DNA from: a virus | Taxonomy: Duplodnaviria; Caudoviricetes | Reading direction: 5' to 3' (one strand) | Length of the DNA stretch: 39,881 bases | Virus record (IMG/VR): IMGVR_UViG_3300043448_000119 | Span: 1-39,881 of that record | Shown here: positions 9,301 to 17,013 of the stretch, piece after piece | Layout of the letters: every line of letters begins with the position of its first letter | How positions within the stretch are numbered: the first letter of the stretch is position 1 | The notes under the pieces: generated by a model | Database searches by the model: none | What the model was told of the DNA's origin: nothing | The model's input: only the letters and a program-made list of their open reading frames with translations | Program-made: the position numbers and the translations under genes

Positions 9301-12300
9301 CAACTTAACAAAGTTAGGGTCAACAACAACAGCGTAATAAGTTTGTCCAGAAACAAGAGCAGTCTGCGTCACTCCATCTTTATCAACATAAGATGCAGTT
9401 GCGATTGGTGTAGCTGATCCAGGTCTGTAGATCAGAGAAGTGCCATCTCTAAACTTATGGTTCTGAATTCTAATATAGTCTTGTGTTGTATTTACTTCAG
9501 TATTAGTGAACGACTTGGTATTAAATGGAATATTTGAACTTGTAGCAACAACAAAAGTTGTTGGGTCAGGAATATCCTCAATGATATAAACTCCGTCAGC
9601 ATCTGAAGCTCTAGTAAATACGTGAGTTCCATAAGACTTAAATGACACGTTGTCGCCAAGATTCTTATTAGAACCAGTAAAGACTAATGGTCTTGATTCG
9701 GCTGTATAAGCGACAGGTAACGGTGTACTAAAGTCTAATCTTAAAGCCCAGTTAGACGCAACGTATGGTGGGATAGAACCCAAGAATGTTCTTGGTGGTA
9801 GTCTATTAAAGTTAATGAATGTTCCACCGAACATACCAGCATGTGTTTGATTAAGAGTAACAGTAATATTAGGTGCGGTTCCGCTAAACGCTGTAACATA
9901 TGCGCCAACTGGGAACGGACTAAATGTAACTCTCTGCCCAGCAGTAACACCACCGTGTATATCACTGATAGTAACTGTTGTTCCACTAACTGCGGTTACT
10001 GTCACATTCTCTGGGAAGTTAGCTTCTGGCGAACTTACGTATAGACCAGGAATAACAGCACCAGCAATAGTACCAGTAATAGATGCATTAGATAGAGCAA
10101 CAGTTGGTGATGCACCAACAGTAAAGGTATTAAGAATTGGGTCAATGTCAGTAATTAACAAACCTGTTGCTGCTAGAGTACCAGTGCCAGCAGTAACAGC
10201 AACGGTCATACCAGTATTCAAACCTACGGTTGAAGGAACACGGATAATAGATGTTGTTGGTGTGCTAGAACCAATACCTGCTGCAATAACAGTACCAGCA
10301 AGTCTAGTTGCTGGGGTATTACCAGCAGTAATTACACCAGTTGTTGCGTTTGCAGTACCAGTAATTAGAGTTGGCTTTAGTGGGTTAGTTGTTACGATAG
10401 ACTGAATAACTGTTTGTGTTGCATAAGTTGTTGCAGTCGCAAACGCACCCTGACCACCAGTAGCTGTTGAGATTAGAGTTAGTAGTTGACCAACTTTAAA
10501 TCCTGTTGCGCTTGGAACATAGATATCGTTAGTCAATCCAGTGCCTGTTCCGCTTGAAACACCAGCAATAAATCTAGCGCCAGATAGAGCAGTAGAAGGT
10601 GCGTCAGTAAGAACAAATCTATTACTATCAATAATAGCAGCAACACGAGTATTATTACTCATAGCTCCAGCACTACTAATACCGCCTGTAGTAATAGCAC
10701 CAGTAGCTGTTACTTCAATAGCCATACCTTGAACTAAACCAGCAGTGCTACTTGTGTAAACCATGTTACTGTTTAATGTCATTGTACCAGTAGCAGTTGT
10801 TAATGTCTTAACAGTTCCAGCAACACCACCAGAAATAGTTTCTGATACGGTGAAGGTGGTTGCGCTTAGGATCTGCTTAACATAGTAAACAGTATTAGTT
10901 AAAATTGTACCGAATGTAGTTCCAGTAAACACTACTGGATTATTAACTTCAATATTTCCAGTATTTCCAGAAGTTGTAATAGCATTTGTTACTGAAGAAG
11001 TTGCAGTACACGCTAAAGTAACAACTACGCTACCTGCGCCAGCAATAATTCTTTGCCCAAATAATGCCGTTGATGGCGCTTGATTAACAGTAAACGATTT
11101 CCCATCAACTGCAACAGATGTAACAAAGGTGGCTACTGGAGTTGTAACTAAAGCGCCAGCAGATCCAGCTACGTTAGTTGCAAGAACTGGAACCATACCA
11201 ACTTGAAGACCAGTTGTGCTATCGCAGAAAATACGATTACCAACAGAACCAAAACCACCTCTAATAATTGAGGTATTAATTACTGGTTCATCTCCAGTTG
11301 TTGATCCAATACTACCAACACGATATGTGTCTGATGCGAAAACAGTTTCGTCTAAGTTGTTGTTAGCGTCTTTATAACCAACAACGAATGCCACAGAACG
11401 ATATGCCGATGGGCTGTCTGGAACAGTTCTCTTAGAAACAACGACAGAACCTTGTGGTAATGCAGTAGTAAATCCAGCAGTTGTAGCATTAACATGATGA
11501 CCTTCGGTTAGAGTGCCACCACCAGTAAAGCTGTTACCCCAGAAAATATTACCACGAATATATTGCTGAGAACCAGAACCATATGTCGTTAATGGAATAA
11601 ATGTATTACTTTGAGCATCAGCTAAAGATGATGCTAGTTGAATGTAGTTTGCATTAACTTTAATGATATAATATAGATTACCGTTTGTTAATCCACCAAT
11701 ATCATTACCGCCATTACTGAAATAGCGAACTGGATCACCAGTTAGATACGGGTGCTGTGGCAGACGAATAGAACTTAGAATAGCTGAAGGTCTACCATCA
11801 GTGCTTGTATAAACATCATTACCAGAGTCAGCTTTAAATCCTCTGATGTTAGAAAATCCGCTAGTCCCAGCAACGGCACCAGTAGCAAGAAATACTGCGC
11901 TACTATTAAATGGTACTGCTGAGGTTACAGCAGCTGCAGTTTGAACTCTGTTTTCTGTATAGATATTAGCTGTTGAACTTACCTCAAAGGTGTTACCCTC
12001 ACCAGCAGTAGCAGCAAAAGTTGTGGTTGATCTATTACCGTCAACGTACATATTAACTGCTAGTCCAGTATTTGACTTAACAGTAAATGTATTTGTGTTT
12101 GCAGTAGCAGTAGCTGCCGCAACAGTTGAGAGGTTAGGTGTCGCTTGGGTTACTTCTTGACCTGCTTGAATCTTGAAGAAGGTATAAGTTCCAGCGGTAG
12201 TAGTTGCTGTATGAGGTGCTGTCAACTCAATCTGAGTTGGTGATAGAATTCTTAAAATTCTAGCATCTGTGTTAATCCCAGTACCAACAACTGGCATACC

Positions 12301-15300
12301 TGGCTTCAAGTCTAATGTGTCAGGAACAATCAAAGTATATTGATTGATTAGACCTGCGTTTGCAGCTAAACTCTTAGTAACATTAGAAATTTGAGTTGCT
12401 GTTGCGACTGTTGCAGTTGTTGAAACAGCGCTAACTACTCCAGCTGCAACAGCTACGTTATTTGCTCCACTATTAGCATCATGACCGACTGAAGAAAGCA
12501 ACGCAGCTTGAGTAGGAGTTAAAGCCATAACAACAATAGAATCTACGTCTACTGTTGCAGTCTCATCCGATCCAGTTTGAGCAAAAGTAAATGTATTAGT
12601 TCCAGTTGTTGTAATTGTTACAGGGGATGCAGTATTAAACGAAGTCGTTGGCAATCCTTGAATCGTTACAGTTTGTAAGTTTTCATAACCATGCGCTTCA
12701 GTTGTTGTAATTGTTACAACATTAGATGCTCTTACAGCACTTGCGATATCTCTTGGTTTAAACAGAATTCTTGCTGTTCTAATGTTACTTCCTGTTACCG
12801 CAGAAACTTTCGATTCAAATGGAAGAACATCACTAGACTTAACTAAGTGATTTGTAACAATACCGCCACCATTAGCAGAAGGAGTCTTCTTATCTAAGAG
12901 ACCATCAATCGCTTTCAAGGTAGTGAATGTTTTTCCAGCAGGAACTGGAGTGATAATTGCACGTCTAGCCGTTACATTAGCAAAGTCAACATATTTGTAA
13001 GCAATACCATATGTCACACCAGTAGCAGCATTTTGTGTTACTGCTGGGGCAGGGTTAGTGAATACTGGGATGCTAACTGTAATTGTAGAAGGGGCAGCAT
13101 TAATTACTGGAGTTGCTGGTACAGTAGCAACAGTCCAAAACCCATTCATATATGAATTTGGATTATCGCGAATAATAATAGAATCACCAACAGATAAACT
13201 ATGATTCACGTTAAATGTAATAGTCATTGTTGACGTATTAGCTGCTTTGCTTACTGCAGTAATCGCTAACTCTTGAGTTGTTGTTGAAACTCTAAAGTTA
13301 TCAGTGTTAACTGCTTTAACAAAATACTCAAATGTATTTCTTAAACCGTCAACGATTGGAGCGCCAGCTGAGTCATAGATAACTGTTTGGTTTGCTAAGA
13401 ATCCATGATTAGGTTTATAGACAGTATTGGCTATCGTTGAATACTTAACGCCAGTAAATTTGTGAGATCCAGTGCCAAATCCTCTCAAATCAATTAGAGC
13501 TCCTGTTGCTCTGTCTTTTAATTTAAAACGATCATCAGAAACTTTTTCAACTAGATAACCGTTAGAACCAGCTGCAGCTAAACTTGTTGCGCTTGGGCTT
13601 TGAATAGCAGTATCTGTTGCTGTGTATAAGATATAATCATTGTTTAAGAATCCATGACTAGGGATATAGATAGAATCCGATTCTGCTAGAAGAACAATAG
13701 GTGTGATAAAAACCTCACCATTAGTTCTAGCTCCAGGTGTAACAAGAGGGTTTGCTGGACCTGTTGAGAATGTCAAATCAAACCCAGAGTTTGTTACAGT
13801 TCTAACATAGTAAACTGTATGAGCAGTATTGTTGGTTGTTGCATCAACAGCATTTGTTATTGTAGTATTTGCAAGAGCTCCGTTGGCTGTATTATTTGTT
13901 ACAATAAACGCATCTCCTGCAGCAAGACCATATGAAACCCCACTAACTGATGCATTCAAAGTTATAACACTACTAGAAGAACTAACAAATCTGAAAGATC
14001 TTGTTGCTACAAACTTTCTACCCTCAAGGATAGTGCCAGTATTTAAAACAACTCTAGCATTAGAGTTCGTCTGACTGTATACTGTAGGTAGAGCTGTTGC
14101 TAATAAAGCAAAATTATCATCGTCAATTGGGTAAACGAAATAATTTCTAGATGCTGTTAACGCAGCTGGGAATGTGTTTCCAGGTGGATTATAAAACCAT
14201 AAAGCATCACCTAGTGCATATCCGTGATTTGGTACATTAAAGCAAGAAACTCTAATATTTGGCTGTAGGTTTGCTGCTGTTCCAGGATTATCAGAGAATG
14301 TTATTTTCTGACCGTGAGTAATAGCAGCATTAATATTGGCGCTAATCTGAACAGTAACAAAATTATTTACATCTGGGGCGCCAACTGTGTTGACTGTTGC
14401 ATTTGTTGGAATACCAGTTCCACTAACAACCATTCCAGGATAAATTTGTTTATCGTATAGAGTAGCTTTAAATGTCAACTGGTTTGTTGAACCGCTTGCT
14501 CTTGTGCCGCCAGAAAAACCAGAAAGATCAAGAGCTCTTGTTTCTTGGTACGCGAGAGCACTAATAGATGAATTTCTATCATATGCCCAACCAGCATCAA
14601 CAACAGAAATTGAGGATACGCTAGAACCTGTTACTGTTGTTGAGAACACTGCTGGGGCTGCTGAAAATCTTTGAGCAGTTCCACTACCACCAGCAGTGTA
14701 TGTAATTACGTTGGTGTTATTTAATGCGTCATTTCTAGTTGGGTGTAACTGAATTGTCGTTGCTGATAGATTTCTAACATATAAACTTAAACTGCTTGCG
14801 ATAAATACATTTCCTGGCAAAAATCTACCAGTAGCGTTGTTAAAACAGCCAGAACCAATATTAGTAAACTTGATAAAGTTTCCACGTAGAGCATCTGAGT
14901 ATGTAGCAGCAAGTCTAAAATTATCTGCATCAATTCTAATCACAAAATATGGAGTAGAATCAGTTAGACCACCAATAACTGCTAGTGCTGGAGAGTTAGC
15001 ATTAACTGTTCCAGAAGCAGTTACAACTCTTCTGTAATAAACTCTGTCACCAGTAACAAACCCGTGATCATCAGTTCTGATGATGCTTGTCTGAGAAGAG
15101 ATAGAAGCTGCGTACCAAGCAGTGGTAGCATTAAAGTTAATACCTGTAGCTAGGTTATATGGGAATTCAATAACAATTGTTAAGATGTTGTTTTGGATTT
15201 CATAAGAAGAAATCTTAGTTCCTTCTGGTGTTAGTAGTGTAGGTGCTGTTGTAGTTGTAGCGCTAATAGACCACAATCTTAATTCTTGACCAATCTCAAT

Positions 15301-16743
15301 TTTACCATAGTAGGATAAAGGATCGGCTGTGATTAATGCTGTTTTTGCGCCAACGCTTGCTCCACCGAAACTAGCACCAGTACCAAATGCAGCTGGAGAG
15401 TAACCAACTTGACCATCAACAACGCTTGCTTCACCCATGAAGCGACCATTAGATGCCCAGTTGTATGGATCTCTAATTACAGCTGTGCTACCGATAACTG
15501 GGTTAATACTCGCGCCTTCCATGTGATACTCAACACGATCACCAGTATTAAATGTGTGAGTAGATGTAGTAATTCTACCAGCATTAGCGCCAGTTCCAAT
15601 AGTAACACCACCTGCAGTGAATGTAATAGAGTTTACGTTTGCTGTTGTGCTTCCGCTAAAAAATGGGACAGCAATAGGAGCGCTAACATAACCTGCGCCA
15701 CCATTCACAACTCTTGCTGAAGATATTGGAGCATTTAATACAGTATTAATATTACTATTATCAAAATATAATGTTCCCTTACCAACAAATCTATATGGAG
15801 TTACTGATGTGATTCTATAATCTAATACAGATTCACCAATAGAAGTTGATGTTGTTGTTTTCTCAGTAGTTACTGTATCGTCAGAATTAAAGTTTGCAAT
15901 AGGAATATCTTGACGATAGATAGCAACAGTGTTAAGGAAATAAAACGGTGTATTTAAAGAGAAACCGTGTGGAAACTTAGTCTTAACAATTAGATGTGAT
16001 GGATTTAATCCATTGGTTTCAATATCAGCGACAGTAATCTGAGAACCAAAATAGAAAGCACCTGGAATAACAGCAGTGTAAACGGTAGATAATTCTAATG
16101 TTGTTTGTGGTGAGAATGTTAACTGATATGTAAACTGACTTGCGCTAATAACTGCGGTAACAATATAACCACCCTCAAACTGAGAGTTGGCAAGACCAGT
16201 AATTTCAAATGGAGAACCAGCAGTTAAACCGTGACCTGGAGCAGTAACTAGAACTGTTGATGAACCTTGAGTTGATTGAACAGATGACACTGAGATCGCA
16301 TTCGCACCATTTCTTGAATAAAATGATGGTACGTTATTAACAAGTTTTAGCGTTTCCCATTTTGTGGTTTGTAAACCATATTCAAAGTCAGTATCGATAA
16401 GGTTTTCTGGCTGAGAAATACGTATCTTAGAAACTGGGTCAATAAATGGATCTTCAGGGCGAATTTCTGTCGATTCATTCTCAACTAGAACCTGAAGTGT
16501 ATCAGTATTTACAACATTAAGTGCGGCTAGAGACTGCCTAAAGACAAACTTAGTTTCATGTGTATCTAAATTATATTCTCTAGTAAGAACGCCAGACCCT
16601 TCGTCCGCGAAGTTGTAAATAATTCTATTTGTAGTTACATCAGTAATAAGCAATAATCTTTGCAAGAGAATATTGCCATTAATGTAAATAGCATTATTAT
16701 CTCTATCAATTCTATATCCTGTTGCTAATAGTTTCTTAGCCAT
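6349..16743 (-). CDS. Giant multidomain tail fibre/virion protein (3464 aa)
   Basis: 10.4-kb Thr/Gly/Ala/Ser-rich ORF with a GAGGA RBS. N-terminal LLLITDVTTNRIIYNFAD domain; many H[GP]x..GD.V.Y...Y[FY]V and STxGLxxGM beta modules; C-terminal RQTRKYFRYQSGKG...GLFDTQNGMFFEYDG...QW..D..DG.G.SG...IDYSWYGAG.IRFG putative lectin-like domain. Confidence 0.85.
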   Translation of the reverse strand: MAKKLLATGYRIDRDNNAIYINGNILLQRLLLITDVTTNRIIYNFADEGSGVLTREYNLDTHETKFVFRQSLAALNVVNTDTLQVLVENESTEIRPEDPFIDPVSKIRISQPENLIDTDFEYGLQTTKWETLKLVNNVPSFYSRNGANAISVSSVQSTQGSSTVLVTAPGHGLTAGSPFEITGLANSQFEGGYIVTAVISASQFTYQLTFSPQTTLELSTVYTAVIPGAFYFGSQITVADIETNGLNPSHLIVKTKFPHGFSLNTPFYFLNTVAIYRQDIPIANFNSDDTVTTEKTTTSTSIGESVLDYRITSVTPYRFVGKGTLYFDNSNINTVLNAPISSARVVNGGAGYVSAPIAVPFFSGSTTANVNSITFTAGGVTIGTGANAGRITTSTHTFNTGDRVEYHMEGASINPVIGSTAVIRDPYNWASNGRFMGEASVVDGQVGYSPAAFGTGASFGGASVGAKTALITADPLSYYGKIEIGQELRLWSISATTTTAPTLLTPEGTKISSYEIQNNILTIVIEFPYNLATGINFNATTAWYAASISSQTSIIRTDDHGFVTGDRVYYRRVVTASGTVNANSPALAVIGGLTDSTPYFVIRIDADNFRLAATYSDALRGNFIKFTNIGSGCFNNATGRFLPGNVFIASSLSLYVRNLSATTIQLHPTRNDALNNTNVITYTAGGSGTAQRFSAAPAVFSTTVTGSSVSSISVVDAGWAYDRNSSISALAYQETRALDLSGFSGGTRASGSTNQLTFKATLYDKQIYPGMVVSGTGIPTNATVNTVGAPDVNNFVTVQISANINAAITHGQKITFSDNPGTAANLQPNIRVSCFNVPNHGYALGDALWFYNPPGNTFPAALTASRNYFVYPIDDDNFALLATALPTVYSQTNSNARVVLNTGTILEGRKFVATRSFRFVSSSSSVITLNASVSGVSYGLAAGDAFIVTNNTANGALANTTITNAVDATTNNTAHTVYYVRTVTNSGFDLTFSTGPANPLVTPGARTNGEVFITPIVLLAESDSIYIPSHGFLNNDYILYTATDTAIQSPSATSLAAAGSNGYLVEKVSDDRFKLKDRATGALIDLRGFGTGSHKFTGVKYSTIANTVYKPNHGFLANQTVIYDSAGAPIVDGLRNTFEYFVKAVNTDNFRVSTTTQELAITAVSKAANTSTMTITFNVNHSLSVGDSIIIRDNPNSYMNGFWTVATVPATPVINAAPSTITVSIPVFTNPAPAVTQNAATGVTYGIAYKYVDFANVTARRAIITPVPAGKTFTTLKAIDGLLDKKTPSANGGGIVTNHLVKSSDVLPFESKVSAVTGSNIRTARILFKPRDIASAVRASNVVTITTTEAHGYENLQTVTIQGLPTTSFNTASPVTITTTGTNTFTFAQTGSDETATVDVDSIVVMALTPTQAALLSSVGHDANSGANNVAVAAGVVSAVSTTATVATATQISNVTKSLAANAGLINQYTLIVPDTLDLKPGMPVVGTGINTDARILRILSPTQIELTAPHTATTTAGTYTFFKIQAGQEVTQATPNLSTVAAATATANTNTFTVKSNTGLAVNMYVDGNRSTTTFAATAGEGNTFEVSSTANIYTENRVQTAAAVTSAVPFNSSAVFLATGAVAGTSGFSNIRGFKADSGNDVYTSTDGRPSAILSSIRLPQHPYLTGDPVRYFSNGGNDIGGLTNGNLYYIIKVNANYIQLASSLADAQSNTFIPLTTYGSGSQQYIRGNIFWGNSFTGGGTLTEGHHVNATTAGFTTALPQGSVVVSKRTVPDSPSAYRSVAFVVGYKDANNNLDETVFASDTYRVGSIGSTTGDEPVINTSIIRGGFGSVGNRIFCDSTTGLQVGMVPVLATNVAGSAGALVTTPVATFVTSVAVDGKSFTVNQAPSTALFGQRIIAGAGSVVVTLACTATSSVTNAITTSGNTGNIEVNNPVVFTGTTFGTILTNTVYYVKQILSATTFTVSETISGGVAGTVKTLTTATGTMTLNSNMVYTSSTAGLVQGMAIEVTATGAITTGGISSAGAMSNNTRVAAIIDSNRFVLTDAPSTALSGARFIAGVSSGTGTGLTNDIYVPSATGFKVGQLLTLISTATGGQGAFATATTYATQTVIQSIVTTNPLKPTLITGTANATTGVITAGNTPATRLAGTVIAAGIGSSTPTTSIIRVPSTVGLNTGMTVAVTAGTGTLAATGLLITDIDPILNTFTVGASPTVALSNASITGTIAGAVIPGLYVSSPEANFPENVTVTAVSGTTVTISDIHGGVTAGQRVTFSPFPVGAYVTAFSGTAPNITVTLNQTHAGMFGGTFINFNRLPPRTFLGSIPPYVASNWALRLDFSTPLPVAYTAESRPLVFTGSNKNLGDNVSFKSYGTHVFTRASDADGVYIIEDIPDPTTFVVATSSNIPFNTKSFTNTEVNTTQDYIRIQNHKFRDGTSLIYRPGSATPIATASYVDKDGVTQTALVSGQTYYAVVVDPNFVKLAPTFDEAVSPTPTTIDLTAGTNGSQSFDTYSIVGLTKGLGTVVVTEESDIITGIGTKFLTNFKGGDVLRFYTAANPGKIFNYTISSVKSDTSIKLRSPITPDAIVKVNLIIDRTVSSGAAVTTGSQTITVNNAADLAVGYYLFDSNGRFKANTRITAINGNILTISEYLNSSFAAGNAISIQPVFEYFINTNIYVKSNATTAHRPFDGGVTMTTGLVPDSSVVRQTRKYFRYQSGKGIQVSIAINFNPPTDCEELTSNENIAKIKVDSPHGFKPGTTNKIRITEATVASGHNGYNGQFDILEVVDEYTFTYVYEDTPLFGTVTNGTNTIGSVWNLNGVAVGKTIKAGTYSGITIPANTIITDVNTNTKVLTLSNSITGSSPTVAISSITRLNDTVTVVTSSNHGLVTGDYISISGTGVGANFNGFSAPVTVVDTTSFTYTQAGINTTENTGTVIKQIRLPIYRQNGSSVAYGFPKFNLVSWKDAAVRCGLFDTQNGMFFEYDGQQLYCVRRSSIQQISGRINATYRSSLITGEKTKFTTQLNVGEYVVIRGMSYKVIGIDSDTQMYIQPEYRGSTLTNIIGTKTIDTKVPQNQWTLDKADGNGRSGYVLDLNKIQMVYIDYSWYGAGKIRFGVKDQRGEVRYFHEFIHNNEFVEAYMRSGNIPARYEVVTFGEPTFSPQLFHWGTSVIMDGRFDDDKAYLFTADSNVITLTNGGTQIVASLASTNINRGDDFILVTNANSSKFIVGSSVSVQNDFNNFYLPANTLVKSVSIVAGTTNSRVILTQRFRNAITGIGANGQNFIVGGGTSNQSISALAPVPLVSIRLAPSVDNGLTGGLGFRDVINRMQLTLNSCGVLLTHESEIKLFLNSDLSDSNFVNNTAPSLSQIYRHSPGETIKNGIQLFSFRASGGSIISATTGQRSLIQTTAELGEVAQLGNSILGGDETFPNGPDILTITATPIDTSTINGSAPFQASARITWSESQA
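10075..11240 (-). repeat. Four degenerate protein repeats (SxxG[LF]xxG[MQ]...PxxxL) in the 3464-aa protein
   Basis: NRIFCDSTTGLQVGM..APSTALFGQRIIAG; NMVYTSSTAGLVQGM..APSTALSGARFIAG; NDIYVPSATGFKVGQ..TPATRLAGTVIAAG; SIIRVPSTVGLNTGM..SPTVALSNASITG. Boundaries are approximate. Confidence 0.7.
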
Positions 16744-16765
16744 TTAGTTCCTCTGTTCCAAAAAG

Positions 16766-16993
16766 TTATGCTAGTGCAACTGCAAGCGCAATTTGTAGTG
16801 ATTGTGGGTTAACTGAATCCCAGCCCGATCCATTATATACTTCCAATTTTCTTACAGTTTCATTATAGCGAACCTGACCAGCTTCTGGGCTTCCAGTTCT
16901 TTGTGCTGTAGTTCCTCCTGGCATATCAACAACATCACCTTGAAGTTTGATGTTTGATTGCAGAGAACCTGATTTGATTTTACTGATCGCCAT
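16766..16993 (-). CDS. Small fibre adaptor (75 aa) ending in IALAVALA
   Basis: MAISKIK start; PGGTTAQR...GQVRYNE...LEVYNGSGW module, also present in the 722-aa fibre; hydrophobic C-terminal IALAVALA; AGGGG RBS. Confidence 0.75.
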   Translation of the reverse strand: MAISKIKSGSLQSNIKLQGDVVDMPGGTTAQRTGSPEAGQVRYNETVRKLEVYNGSGWDSVNPQSLQIALAVALA

Positions 16994-17013
16994 GTTTTCC
17001 CCTGAAGATAGTA

